A stretch of DNA of 64,000 nt from an uncultured delta proteobacterium (GCA_963745835.1 CAVUZH010000003.1:224001-288000); one strand, 5' to 3'; shown: positions 41,170 through 51,808, counted from the first letter of the stretch. The notes: generated by a model from the letters alone, not told the origin. Program-made: numbers and translations.

Positions 41170-41448
41170 ATGCGTTTAGGTCTGCGCGAGGCGAATCAGA
41201 AATTTTCCAAGGCGATCCAAGCGGTGAAGCAGGGAAAGGAGATCGTATTGACCGAACGAGGCAAGCCGATCGCTGTCATCAAACCGATTGAGGCCGGCAA
41301 GGACGAGTCCGCCGTCATCCGTCGTCTGGAATCGGAGGGGGTTTTGCGGCCGGCAGCAAAACGGGGAGCGATGCCGGACATCAAACCCGTTCGTATCAAA
41401 GGCAAAATGCTGTCCGCGACCGTTAGAGAAGACCGGGACGAGGACTGA
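41170..41448 (+). CDS. Phd/YefM-family antitoxin
   Basis: GLREANQKFSKAIQAVKQGKEIVLTERGKPIAVIKP. Confidence 0.9.
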   Translation: MRLGLREANQKFSKAIQAVKQGKEIVLTERGKPIAVIKPIEAGKDESAVIRRLESEGVLRPAAKRGAMPDIKPVRIKGKMLSATVREDRDED

Positions 41449-41889
41449 TGGCGATCCGGATGGGCGTATTTCGATACCAGTGCTTTGGTGAAACGCTATA
41501 TCCGCGAGCCCGGATCGGAACAGGTGAGGGCGCTGTTGCGCCGGCATGAACTCTTGTCGTCGGTGTTGACGCCAGTGGAAATTGTATCTGCACTCTGCAG
41601 ACGCAGGCGAGAAGGCGACATCTCGGCGAATACCCTTGCAGCGTTATTGCGCAGGATGCGCAGCGACCAGGCGCGGTGGGAAATGGTGGAAGTTAATCTC
41701 TCCGTGCTGGAACGCGCTCAAGAATTGCTGCAAGGTACGACGGCCTTGAGGACACTCGACGCGATTCAGGTCGCGTCATTGATCACCGTTCAAGCGGCGT
41801 CAGCGATCCGGCTTCCACTGATTACGGCGGATTTACGCCAGCGCGAGTGTGCGACACAAGCCGGAATTGATACCATTGCGGTCGGTTGA
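41448..41889 (+). CDS. vapC: VapC PIN-domain toxin, frameshifted near 41458
   Basis: TGATG coupling to the antitoxin; AYFDTSALVKRYIREPGS..E..SAL..LRTLDAIQVAS..ITADLRQ. Confidence 0.85.
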
Positions 41890-42284
41890 ATCTCCTGTGA
41901 GGTCCCCTTTGGACTGATTAAAATCTTTGACTTCGGACGAAGCGAAAGTTGGTCATGATGACGAACGCGGCCAGGATCATCCGTCGGGCTCGAGAAATCT
42001 CCTAAGTTATCGTGTCATTGAGAAATTATGATTTCGATGCCCGACTAGCGCGTCAGGCAAGAGGTTTACCTCTGCTGAAGCTCTGAATTTATACGAGCGC
42101 GCTTGATCGGTTCGTTACAAGCAGTCGAGACTACGGCTTGTACAGCTTGGCGACAAAATCTTCCCTTTTCTAGTCCATTACGATCGAGCATCGAGGATGT
42201 CCTCGACTTTCAATGTGGCGCCGGGTTGCGCGAGATCGCATAATTCATGTTTTCCGTCGCCGAGCAATGTTTTCAGCAGCCTGC

Positions 42285-43250
42285 CTAGACCTTAAAGCCG
42301 TGCTCGCGGTACCACTTCTCGGCACCGGGATGGAGCGGGACGTCGCGCGGGGTGGCGTCGGTGTTTTCGCCGAGCTGACCGATACCGATGTAGGACTCCT
42401 CCCAATAGATCTCGTCCTTCCGAGCCGAGAGCGCCTCGCAGACTTTATAGGCATCGTCATCCGGCAACGAGGCGCGGGTATAAAGCGGCCAGCCGCTGTA
42501 GTCGATGCAGGTGTACTCCTCTTTAAGATTTTTAAAACGCCCGGGGCGAATCGTGTACTTGCGCCAGCCGAGGTCGACCAAATATTTAAAGGCGACATCG
42601 TCCAAGGTGATCGGCCGCAGGCCCGCGGCCAGCGCTTCGTCAAACCAAAGCGGGAGTCCCTCGTCGAAAACCGCATCAACCGTTCCGGCGCTCAAGGCAT
42701 CCAGCCGCCGCTGATCTCCGGGGCCGCCGTTAAGTTGAAAACTGCCGCCCCAGGATTCGATATCTTTCAAAGTCATGCCATATGCCGCCAGGCTCTGATC
42801 GACGAGCACGCGTGTGGAATGCGTTGCGTCTTCCCGGATCGAAAGCCGGAGCGGAAACTTTTTCTCTTTGATCTCCGCCAACGACTTCAAGCCGGTTCTT
42901 GGATGAACGAGATAGACGAAATGATCGAGCGAAGGATAAACCGCGATGATCCTGATGGGCAGCGGCGTGGGAAATAAACCTGTTCCACGATACGCCTGAG
43001 TAAGAAGCCCGGAGGGATTGATCATCGCCATTTCCAATTCGTTGCGGCAGACCGCGTGCGCCAGAATCGGCGAGCCGGTTGCCATGCGCAGCCAGGGGCG
43101 AAAGTTTTCGTTGGATCCGCTGCCGACGGTAATGCACATGTCGCGCGGGCCGTAGTAGGGTGTGTTCGGATCACCGGCGATATGCAAGCCGATCTCCCAA
43201 AGCATCTTGGCTCGCTGGAAATTTGCGCCGCGGGGAAGGGGTTCCATCAA
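42285..43250 (-). CDS. TAXI-like solute-binding protein
   Basis: PBP2-type pattern; C-terminal VPLHPGAEKWYREHG. Confidence 0.75.
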   Translation of the reverse strand: MMEPLPRGANFQRAKMLWEIGLHIAGDPNTPYYGPRDMCITVGSGSNENFRPWLRMATGSPILAHAVCRNELEMAMINPSGLLTQAYRGTGLFPTPLPIRIIAVYPSLDHFVYLVHPRTGLKSLAEIKEKKFPLRLSIREDATHSTRVLVDQSLAAYGMTLKDIESWGGSFQLNGGPGDQRRLDALSAGTVDAVFDEGLPLWFDEALAAGLRPITLDDVAFKYLVDLGWRKYTIRPGRFKNLKEEYTCIDYSGWPLYTRASLPDDDAYKVCEALSARKDEIYWEESYIGIGQLGENTDATPRDVPLHPGAEKWYREHGFKV

Positions 43251-43441
43251 TACCTCCAGAAAAGTAATTGTGCCGGCGCTACCTTATTGATTTCGGCTCG
43301 TCGGTGTCAACAGCGCCAAGCATCTAGCAGGCCAAAGCGCAAAGCCCGGTCTAGCCAGGAAGTGTGTCATGAGTTTACATTCGCCCACACAGAATCGCAC
43401 GTAGAGTACGTCCTTTCAGGCCCTAATTCTCTGACGAGTCT

Positions 43442-43518
43442 GTTATTCTCGCATGCTTCTAGCGGGAATCCAGGCGGAATTTGGACGGGATCCCCGATTA
43501 AAACATTCCGGGGTGACG
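43442..43518 (+). repeat. ~76-bp palindromic repeat (GTCATTCCCG..GGGAATCCA type), copy 1
   Basis: Reverse complement aligns with 47685..47760. Confidence 0.8.
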
Positions 43519-43686
43519 TCGTCGGTAGTCGGATCTCTTCACCTTCGCCAAAATTTTTGAAGGAGCGCACTATCCTGATATAGGGCCGGTGCGTTGGCGA
43601 AGTTCAGATTCGAAATGCAAAGTGTCATCACCTTCGTGTACTTCGTGCGCTTCATGGTAAGCTATCCGGAATAGAGCGCAGCTAAA

Positions 43687-44088
43687 ATGAGTTTCGATGC
43701 ACAAGCGATCTTCGCCGATCTGGCCGAGAAGGAAAGAATCAAGGGGCACCATTCGGCGGAAGGACGCGCGATTCGGACGTTGAGTCGAGCCTTGAATGGC
43801 TATTCGCGCGGGAATCTCTCCGGCCGCGACGTCGTCGTATTGTGTGATCAGGCGATTGAAGATTGGCTCAAGGCCAAGTGTAAAGTCTCGCCATGGTCGG
43901 TGCGAGGCTTGCCCGAATTACTCGCCAGGGCGGTGCAGGCGCGCTGGATTAGCCGCTTAGAAGCCGTGCGTCTGCAAAAGTCACGCAATGCGCGGCAGTC
44001 AATTGATCATCAGGGCGCAGATGTGCCGGCGCTGGAAGTGGAATCGACATTGAAATTTTACCTAGAGCTGATTGAGAGACATTGGTGA
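43687..44088 (+). CDS. HEPN-like domain protein
   Basis: All-helical 133 aa; QAIEDWLK and RQSIDH (Rx4H) motifs. Confidence 0.55.
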   Translation: MSFDAQAIFADLAEKERIKGHHSAEGRAIRTLSRALNGYSRGNLSGRDVVVLCDQAIEDWLKAKCKVSPWSVRGLPELLARAVQARWISRLEAVRLQKSRNARQSIDHQGADVPALEVESTLKFYLELIERHW

Positions 44089-44230
44089 AGATACGGTTGT
44101 ATCAGAGAAATGCAGTATTGGAGTGATGGATCGATGGATTTAAAGCCCAATACTCGAGCACTCCTTTATTCCAACCGCCTGTTGTTGCCGCCGTCAAATT
44201 AGTTTTTGCTTCGCGCCTCACCGACAGAAC

Positions 44231-45658
44231 ATGGATTCACGTATCAACTGGCTATTGCTGATCAACGCGGCGCTCGGCAACTTTATGGCCGGCACCGCAA
44301 GCCGGATTTTCACAGTTTCGTTACCGACCGTCGCGAACAGTCTTGAAACGAGCATCATCGCGATCTCCTGGGCTGTCATTGCTTACCAAATCTCGCAGAT
44401 TAGTTTGTCGCTGGTCTTTGGCCGGGTTGGCGATGTCTACGGTCGGCACACTCTTTTTGGTGTTGGCCTGGTGATTTCGTCGTTGGGAGCGTTGATGTGC
44501 GGCTTGTCGCAGAACGTAACCCAGTTGATTGTATTTCGGCTCTTTCAAGGTGTCGGCGCCTCCATGACCCAGTCCCAGGGGCGAGCATTAGCCATGGAAT
44601 CCGTGCCCAAGGAGTCGTCCGGCAGAGCGCAAGGCTATATGACGACGGCGTTTCATTCAGGCGTGCTCATCGGTCCCAGTGTCGGCGGCCTGATCATCGA
44701 CTATATTCACTGGCGCGCGGTGTTCTTCTTTCTAATGCCCATCGGGCTTTGTGGCATTCTATTGACACTCTTCAATCGCATGAAAGGCAACATCTCGGCG
44801 CGCCCGACCACTCCTTCATCGCAGCGCGCGATTGATTATCTTGGCGCGCTCCTTCTGATCGCGGCCACTGTGGCGCTGATCGCGAGCATCGATCATCGGA
44901 TAATGGAAGCTGCCGGAGCGGCGATGCGGTTTGTATTTGTCGGCGGCTTTGTCTTGCTTTTTGGCGGCTTTCTTTATCGCGAGATAACCTGCGCCAGTCC
45001 GATTCTCGATCTATCCCTATTTCGTATCCGGATGTTTTCTTTGAGTAGTTTAACTTTGCTGCTGGTCGGCGTTGCACAAGTGATGATCGGGTTCATGTTG
45101 CCTTTCTACCTGCAAGACATTCTGCACCTAACGCCATCCTTTATCGGCCTATTGTTCATCAGCGCGCCGATTTTTACCGTGACGCTGTCGCCATTTGTCG
45201 GTTGGGCGGTGGACAAGGTGGGGCCACGCTTGCCGGCGACCATCGGCATCTCTTTTCTAGTCTGTGCCGCGTTCCTGGGCTCCTTCTTGCGAACTGATTC
45301 GCACTGGGTCTGGGCGGTTGCCGTGCTCGCCCTGTGGGGATTGGCCACGGCGCTATTTTTCACATCGAATCACACCGCGATGATCACGTCGGTGCCGGCA
45401 GAACATCGAGGCGTTGCCACCGGCGCGATCTATGTCATGTTCGGTCTGGGATCGACATTCGGTGTCTCGTTGGGCACCTTGCTGCTTACCGCGGCGTTTC
45501 GTTATTACAGCGGTGATCCGACGGCGACACCGGCGCCGGCAAACGCCACGGCGTTTGTGCAAGCTATGAATTTCAGTTTTTTCACCGGCGGTATCATGGC
45601 TCTAGTAGCGATGGCTTGTTCCGCAATGAGGGGCAAGGCTGTGGCGGCGGCGCAGTAA
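44231..45658 (+). CDS. MFS transporter (DHA2-like, 14 TM)
   Basis: VSLPTVA, FGRVGDVYGR, FRLFQGVGA, GPSVGGLI..WRAVFF, PILDLSLF. Confidence 0.9.
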   Translation: MDSRINWLLLINAALGNFMAGTASRIFTVSLPTVANSLETSIIAISWAVIAYQISQISLSLVFGRVGDVYGRHTLFGVGLVISSLGALMCGLSQNVTQLIVFRLFQGVGASMTQSQGRALAMESVPKESSGRAQGYMTTAFHSGVLIGPSVGGLIIDYIHWRAVFFFLMPIGLCGILLTLFNRMKGNISARPTTPSSQRAIDYLGALLLIAATVALIASIDHRIMEAAGAAMRFVFVGGFVLLFGGFLYREITCASPILDLSLFRIRMFSLSSLTLLLVGVAQVMIGFMLPFYLQDILHLTPSFIGLLFISAPIFTVTLSPFVGWAVDKVGPRLPATIGISFLVCAAFLGSFLRTDSHWVWAVAVLALWGLATALFFTSNHTAMITSVPAEHRGVATGAIYVMFGLGSTFGVSLGTLLLTAAFRYYSGDPTATPAPANATAFVQAMNFSFFTGGIMALVAMACSAMRGKAVAAAQ

Positions 45659-45706
45659 GTACGGGAGAGATGACAACTGAAAGCGAAAGCTGAGACAACT
45701 TAGGCG

Positions 45707-46954
45707 ATGCTATCTTTATCGGTACTGTTGAACAAATACGGCCTGATCGCGCTGGCGTTTTTGCACATCGCAGTCAGCCGCGGTCTCCACGGTACTTTCG
45801 GTGTTTTTTTCGTCGCTATGGTGACGGCGTTCGGCTGGTCGCGAGCCATGACAGCGGGTGCGATCTCGCTGGCAATTATCTTCGAGGGCGCCTGTTTGCC
45901 TCTCGCCGGTGCTCTAACGGACCGCATCGGCGGGCGCAAGACTCTGATACTGGGTGGTTTGGCGCTCGCCGTCGGATTAGGGTTTGCTTCGACAATTTCT
46001 TCGATCTGGCATTTCTATTTTTGGGTTGGAATTATCTCGGCATTCGGCATCGCCTTGATCGGCATGGTGCCTCACGTTGCGATTTTGTCGCGTGAGTTTC
46101 CGCAGCGCCGCGGCACTGCGCTGGGGATCGCCTGGGCCGGTGGTGGTGTCGGCATCGTATTGTTAGTCCCATTCGCGCAGTTGCTTATCGACAAATGGGG
46201 CTGGTCCTATGCCTACATCGGGGTAGCGATGATCACGGCGCTGCTGGTGATTCCGCCGGTGCAACTGTTTCTGCCGCGCGTCCTCACGATCAGCTCAAAA
46301 CCGACGAAAAGCGCGACAACGAAATCGGCAGCAGGGCGTACCGAAACCGATTGGACGGTTAAGCGCGCTTTGACGAATCCGGCATTTTGGCTGCTGTTTA
46401 TCGCCAGAACACTGGCGAGCATGGGTAATCAAGTCATTGTGACGCACCAAGTCGCCCATGCAGTCGACGTCGGTTACAGCACGGTCTTTGCCGCGTCGAT
46501 CTTCGGTTTGATGGGAGTGATAAGCATCGGCGGCAGAATTCTCTTCGGTTACCTCGCCGATATTATGAACAGGCAGATGGTGTTTACCTGGGTTCAGGTG
46601 ATATCCGCTGTCGGAATTTTCGCTCTGCTGATGTTGCACGATACGACGAGGCCGTGGTTGCTCTACACTTATGCGGTTTGCTACGGACTCGGCCAGGGTT
46701 CGCGCGCATTGGTGCTTTCGGCTATCTCGGCGGATATTTTTCATGGCAAGCACTTCGGCGTGATCTTCGGATACTTCACCTTCAGTATCGGGCTGGGCGG
46801 CGCGATCGGCGCATGGCTTGGCGGGTTTCTTTTCGACCTCAATCATAACTATACGATTGCGTTCTGGGTTTCCCTTGCGTGTTTGATTATTTCTGTTTTT
46901 ATCGTTCTGGCGAGCGCTAAAGTCGTCAAAGCTCAGAAAGGAAGTTACCCATGA
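45707..46954 (+). CDS. MFS transporter (OFA-like)
   Basis: FGVFF..FGWSRA, GALTDRIGGR, FPQRRGTALG, DIFHGKHFG. Confidence 0.9.
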   Translation: MLSLSVLLNKYGLIALAFLHIAVSRGLHGTFGVFFVAMVTAFGWSRAMTAGAISLAIIFEGACLPLAGALTDRIGGRKTLILGGLALAVGLGFASTISSIWHFYFWVGIISAFGIALIGMVPHVAILSREFPQRRGTALGIAWAGGGVGIVLLVPFAQLLIDKWGWSYAYIGVAMITALLVIPPVQLFLPRVLTISSKPTKSATTKSAAGRTETDWTVKRALTNPAFWLLFIARTLASMGNQVIVTHQVAHAVDVGYSTVFAASIFGLMGVISIGGRILFGYLADIMNRQMVFTWVQVISAVGIFALLMLHDTTRPWLLYTYAVCYGLGQGSRALVLSAISADIFHGKHFGVIFGYFTFSIGLGGAIGAWLGGFLFDLNHNYTIAFWVSLACLIISVFIVLASAKVVKAQKGSYP

Positions 46955-47568
46955 TTCAACTCTATACCTGGGCCACGCCCAACGGAAAAAAAGTTTCGGT
47001 CATGCTCGAAGAGGTGGAGCTTTCCTATGAAGTCCACCCCATCAACATCGCCAAGGGCGATCAACTCAAGCCCGAGTATCTGGCGATCAATCCCAACAAT
47101 AAAATCCCCGCGATCATCGATACCGATGGACCCGGCGGCAAGCCGGTGAAACTGTTCGAGTCCGGGGCAATTCTAATGTACCTGGCGGAGAAAACAGGAA
47201 AGTTTTTGCCGCAGGAGATGGCCAAGCGCTACGAAGTGATTCAGTGGCTGATGTTTCAGATGGGCGGAGTGGGGCCGATGTTCGGCCAGGCCAATTATTT
47301 CTATCGGCTCGAGGAAAAGGTTCCCTTCGCCATCGAGCGGTACTATAAAGAGGCGATTCGCCTGTACAAAGTACTGGAGCAGACCTTGGGGCAAAGAGAT
47401 TATCTGGCGGGCGATTATTCAATTGCCGACATCGCCACCTATCCTTGGGTCGGTCGTCACGACGGCCATAACGTCAAGCTCGAAGAGTTTCCCAACGTTA
47501 AACGGTGGTTCGAAACGATTTCGCAACGGCCGGCGGTAAAGCGCGGGATGGCGGTTCCAAAAACGTAA
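46951..47568 (+). CDS. Glutathione S-transferase, YfcG-like
   Basis: TPNGKKV..MLEE, INPNNKIPAI, FESGAIL.YLAEK, WLMFQMGGVGPMFGQ, YSIADIATYPW. Confidence 0.92.
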   Translation: MIQLYTWATPNGKKVSVMLEEVELSYEVHPINIAKGDQLKPEYLAINPNNKIPAIIDTDGPGGKPVKLFESGAILMYLAEKTGKFLPQEMAKRYEVIQWLMFQMGGVGPMFGQANYFYRLEEKVPFAIERYYKEAIRLYKVLEQTLGQRDYLAGDYSIADIATYPWVGRHDGHNVKLEEFPNVKRWFETISQRPAVKRGMAVPKT

Positions 47569-47684
47569 AGCCGTGTCCAACCGATCGTGGTCGTGAAAAG
47601 GCAGCAGCATGATCGTGCGCGTTGAACTAACGCGCAGCACCCTGCGGGGTATCAGAACATAGCAATGAGAATTTACGCCAAAGG

Positions 47685-47760
47685 CGTCACCCCCGAACGT
47701 CTTTATCGGGGGTCCAGTCTGATCTCGCCTGGATTCCCGATAGAAGCACTCGGGAATGAT
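47685..47760 (-). repeat. ~76-bp palindromic repeat, copy 2
   Basis: CGTCACCCCCGAACG..ATCGGGGGTCC..CCTGGATTCCCGATAGAAGCACTCGGGAATGA matches the reverse complement of copy 1. Confidence 0.8.
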
Positions 47761-47883
47761 GGACTCTAAGAGGTCTAGGAATAACTCTTTACACAGTAAG
47801 GTGCGGGGGAATCATACCCGCAGTGACTGAATCAATGGCTATTCTTGCAGCGAGCACACAGAGCAATCATGAAAGGAACTTTG

Positions 47884-49662
47884 ATGAGCAAAGCACAAAA
47901 GATCGAGAAGCCTCGCGCGGAGTGGGGTTCGGACGTGGTCGTCGATCTGTTGAAAGCATTCGAGTTCGAATACATCGCGATCAACCCGGGAGCGACCTTC
48001 CGCGGCCTGCATGATTCGCTGGTCAATTATGGCGGCAATCATGCGCCGGAGATTATTCTCTGCACCCATGAGGAAATCGCCGTCGCTCTGGCGCATGGCT
48101 ATGCCCGGGCCAAGGGCCGGCCGATGGCCGCGGCGGTGCACAACGTCGTCGGCCTGCAGCATGCCTCGATGGCGATCTACAATGCCTGGGCAGACCGGCT
48201 GCCGGTGATTGTGCTGGGCGGCACAGGGCCCATGGACACAGCCAATCGCCGGCCGTGGATCGACTGGGTGCATACCGCGCTGGTGCAAGGGAATCTCGTC
48301 CGCGACTTCGTCAAATGGGATGATCAGCCGGCCAGTGTCGAAGCGGTTCCCGATTCTTTTATTCGGGCTTATCGATTGGCGACGACCGAGCCGCAAGCGC
48401 CGGTTTACATCTGCTATGACGGTGATGTTCAAGAGAAGCAACTCGAAGGCGAAGTGACCTTCCCGTCCCTGGATCGTTATCCCGCGCCTCTGCCGCTGCA
48501 AGCGCCGGAAGAAGGTTTTGACAAGACGATTCGCTGGCTGCTCGAGACCAAGAAGCCGGTCATTATCGCCGACTGGGTCGGCAGGAAAGAAGCCGGCTTT
48601 CAAGCGCTCGGTGAATTGGCTGAGATTCTCGGCGCGCCTGTGCTCGATCAATTTGGGCGATTCAATTTTCCCGTGCAGCATCCACTCAATTTGACCGGGC
48701 AGAGCGATAAGGTGATTCCGCAGGCCGATCTGATTCTCGCGTTGGATGTTCCCGACCTTGAAGGCGCGACGACGCGCCGGGCGCAGGAAAAGGGCAATCG
48801 GCGCCCGACGCCGTTGATGCAGGTCGGCGCCAAGATCATTAACGTCGGCCTCGACGACTTGCTCGTGCGCGCCTGGGCAACGGATTTCAACAAGCTGCGA
48901 GAAGCCGACCTGATGATCACGGCGGATACCTCGGTATTCTTGCCGGAGCTGGTGCGGCGCTTGAAGTCGGAAAAGAAATTGAGCGATCTGAAAGACGATA
49001 TCGGGCGACGTCGGGCCGATTGGGGCAAGATCTACGAAGACAAAAAAGCCGGGTTGGAAAAAGAACTGAAAACGAAATGGGACGAGAAGCCGATTTCGAT
49101 GACGCGAATTTACGCCGAGATGGTCGAGGCGCTCAAAGGCGAGGACTGGGTATTGACCAACGGCAGTTCGCAAGGAAAAGAAAATCTGTACCTGGCCGCG
49201 GCCAAGTTCAATCAGATTCTGGGCAAATACAAAGGCGGCGGATTGGGCTACGGCTTGCCCGCATCACTGGGCGCCGCGCTCGCGCTCAAGGGCTCGGGAA
49301 AATTTTGCGTCAACATCCAGCCCGACGGCGATCTGCTCTTCACCGTCAGCGGATTATGGACCGCGGTGCATCATCAGATCCCGCTCCTGAGCATCGTCTG
49401 CAGCAATCGCTCTTATTTCAACGACGAGGAACACCAGGAGCGCGTTGCCTTACAACGCAACCGGCCGGTGGAAAACAAAACTATCGGCATCCGCATTGAA
49501 GATCCCAATGTCGATTTCGGCGCCATGGCGCGCACCTACGGTTGCTGGGGTGCCGGTCCGATCACCGAGCCCAAAGATCTCATCAAGACATTGCGCGAAG
49601 CCGTCAAGGTGGTGAAGGAAGGCAAGCCCGCGCTGGTCGATGTGGTGTGCCAGATGCGCTGA
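47884..49662 (+). CDS. Thiamine-pyrophosphate-dependent enzyme (acetolactate synthase/decarboxylase family)
   Basis: NPGATFRGLHDS, HEEIAVALAHGYA, TPP motif variant PDGDLLF..N. Confidence 0.9.
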   Translation: MSKAQKIEKPRAEWGSDVVVDLLKAFEFEYIAINPGATFRGLHDSLVNYGGNHAPEIILCTHEEIAVALAHGYARAKGRPMAAAVHNVVGLQHASMAIYNAWADRLPVIVLGGTGPMDTANRRPWIDWVHTALVQGNLVRDFVKWDDQPASVEAVPDSFIRAYRLATTEPQAPVYICYDGDVQEKQLEGEVTFPSLDRYPAPLPLQAPEEGFDKTIRWLLETKKPVIIADWVGRKEAGFQALGELAEILGAPVLDQFGRFNFPVQHPLNLTGQSDKVIPQADLILALDVPDLEGATTRRAQEKGNRRPTPLMQVGAKIINVGLDDLLVRAWATDFNKLREADLMITADTSVFLPELVRRLKSEKKLSDLKDDIGRRRADWGKIYEDKKAGLEKELKTKWDEKPISMTRIYAEMVEALKGEDWVLTNGSSQGKENLYLAAAKFNQILGKYKGGGLGYGLPASLGAALALKGSGKFCVNIQPDGDLLFTVSGLWTAVHHQIPLLSIVCSNRSYFNDEEHQERVALQRNRPVENKTIGIRIEDPNVDFGAMARTYGCWGAGPITEPKDLIKTLREAVKVVKEGKPALVDVVCQMR

Positions 49663-49818
49663 GTTCCTGGCGCACAAGTTGGCGAACCTCATCGATTTGT
49701 TTTGATTGGGGATCTTAAATATTTGGTTCCTGCATGCCTGGATCTCCGAAATGATCCAGGGGAGAGAGCAGTAAGTTCGCGGCCCAGCATCAGCCAAATG
49801 CCTGGCGCCAGCTTGGCG

Positions 49819-50526
49819 TCACTTCCGACCCTTGAGTAACTGTTTGAAATAAGCCGGTGCTGCGGTTTCAAAGGTGAGTCGCTCACCCGTGAACGGGTGT
49901 GTAACCGAAAGCGAACGGGCGTGAAGCGCGAGATCGCGGTGCCCGCGATTTTCTTTTCCGTACTTCGTGTCTCCCACAACAGGATGGCCATTTTCGGCGA
50001 AATGCACGCGTATCTGATGTTTTCTGCCGGTCAATAGATCAATTTCCAATAGAGCAAAGTCTTTGGTTTGCTCGAGCAGTCGATAGGCGGTGCGGGCTAA
50101 CCTGCCTTTGCTCCTGTCCGACGTCGAGTAAACCAGGTGCGCCTTGTTTTCTGCCAGATAGCTAGAAATAATCTCCGTCTCTTTTTCCATCCGGCCGTGA
50201 ACCACCGCCAGGTATTTCTTCTCCGTGGTGTCCCAATGCTGCTGCAGATGCAACTTCGCCTCGATCGTCTTGGCAAAGATGAGGATCCCCGACGTTTCAC
50301 GATCGAGCCGATGCACGATGAAGATGCGATTGCGAGATTTGCTGCGACCCTTACGCGCGTAGTCGGTCAGGATGAAATAAGCCGTCCGCGTTTTCTCCGA
50401 ATCGGTCGCCATCGTTAACAAGCCGGCCGGTTTGTTTACCACCAGAATGTCCCTGTCTTCGTAGAGAAGCGCGAGGCCGCGCTGAAGATTTCGTGTGGCA
50501 GGACGAGCGGAAATCACAGGAACCAT
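49819..50526 (-). CDS. RluA-family pseudouridine synthase
   Basis: VVNKPAGLL, VHRLDRETSG, TGRKHQIRVH, HPVVGD. Confidence 0.93.
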   Translation of the reverse strand: MVPVISARPATRNLQRGLALLYEDRDILVVNKPAGLLTMATDSEKTRTAYFILTDYARKGRSKSRNRIFIVHRLDRETSGILIFAKTIEAKLHLQQHWDTTEKKYLAVVHGRMEKETEIISSYLAENKAHLVYSTSDRSKGRLARTAYRLLEQTKDFALLEIDLLTGRKHQIRVHFAENGHPVVGDTKYGKENRGHRDLALHARSLSVTHPFTGERLTFETAAPAYFKQLLKGRK

Positions 50527-50656
50527 TGGATTTGAGTAAGCCTATCCGTCGCCCGAAAACGTTGGCTAACCGGCCGGCTTCGATCTAGCTGACAACGCCG
50601 TGCAACTCCGCAGTTGTGTAAGAAGATGAACTTTAGCAAATCGAAACGCTGATAAC

Positions 50657-51751
50657 CTAACCATCCCGGCTAGTGTCTACCCCGTGCCAGATGCCTTCGT
50701 AAATACGTTCCAACTCGGCCGCTTCGCGCTCGATTGAAAAGTGATTGACCACATGAGCGCGCCCGGCTTGCCCCATTTCGAGCGTGAGCTGCGGGTCGCA
50801 CATCAGAATTTCGAGGCGAGAAACCAAGCCGTCGAGATCCTCAGGAGAAACAAGATAGCCGGTATGCTCGTCGACTATAATGTGGTGAGCGGAGCCGACG
50901 CGAGTTGCCACCACCGCGCAGCCGCTTGCCATCGCCTCCAACGGCACTAGCCCGAAACCCTCCCAACGCTGCGGCGCGACGACGATGCTAACGCGTCTAA
51001 ACCAGAGAGGGATTTCAGCGGCGGGCCTTTCACCGAGAAACTGGATGCGCTGCGACAGGCCAGCAGCCGCGATGATGCCCTTGAGGTGTCTTGCAAACGG
51101 AATTTGGTCCGGTGTCACGGCGCCGATGATCACGGCCGTGAAGTCGGGAAAGTTCAGTAGTAAGCGGCACATGGCCTCAACGAAAAGATCGGTTCCTTTT
51201 TGATGCCGCACACGTCCAAAAATAGCGATACCGAAGCGCCCGGGAAGTCCGCTCCCGGCCCATTCCCGGCTGCGGTCATCAGCAGGAAAGTAGCGCGCTG
51301 TGTCGACGCCGTGGGAGATGATCTTGGCAGGTACCGGAATATAATTCGCTGTTTCAGCTGAAGTCGCGACAACGGCATCCATCTGCCGCATCAGCCAATG
51401 CGTCCAACGACTGTGGCGGCGCTGCGCCGCAGATGTCAGCACGAGTTTGAGTGGCATGCCCAGCACGGAACGAAGAATAAGGCCTGTGACCGCCTCGAGG
51501 TTGCGGCGCGCGTGCCAAATGCGAAATTTTTTCTTGGGTGGCGGATTAAATCCTTGCCTGAAGAGATCGCTCCAGCTGATGCGCGGCCATTGGGGTGGGA
51601 CACTCGGACCCAGAGCGGCAATCTCTAATCGCTTGGCCTGTTCCGGTATCAGAGCCGCGACGGTTGAGGTTACTCCGGTGTGCCGCCGCTTTAGACTCGC
51701 GACGATAACTTCGAATTCCTGGGCGCGCTTCATAGAGAAATCTTGGGACAC
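50657..51751 (-). CDS. GT4 glycosyltransferase (LpcC-like LPS core transferase)
   Basis: GVTST, WHARRN.E, TSAAQR.H, FGRVRHQKGTD, EGFGLVPLEAMASG. Confidence 0.88.
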   Translation of the reverse strand: MSQDFSMKRAQEFEVIVASLKRRHTGVTSTVAALIPEQAKRLEIAALGPSVPPQWPRISWSDLFRQGFNPPPKKKFRIWHARRNLEAVTGLILRSVLGMPLKLVLTSAAQRRHSRWTHWLMRQMDAVVATSAETANYIPVPAKIISHGVDTARYFPADDRSREWAGSGLPGRFGIAIFGRVRHQKGTDLFVEAMCRLLLNFPDFTAVIIGAVTPDQIPFARHLKGIIAAAGLSQRIQFLGERPAAEIPLWFRRVSIVVAPQRWEGFGLVPLEAMASGCAVVATRVGSAHHIIVDEHTGYLVSPEDLDGLVSRLEILMCDPQLTLEMGQAGRAHVVNHFSIEREAAELERIYEGIWHGVDTSRDG

Positions 51752-51808
51752 GAGGGCTCAGAGAAGAGATCGCTTGTTCGATTAGGTTTCTCCTCTAAGT
51801 TCGAGCCT

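Noticed and set aside
42213-42977. 254-aa plus-strand ORF
   Set aside because: Antisense to the TAXI-like gene; no recognisable features
47839-49173. 444-aa ORF on the minus strand
   Set aside because: Antisense shadow of the TPP enzyme in GC-rich DNA; no motifs
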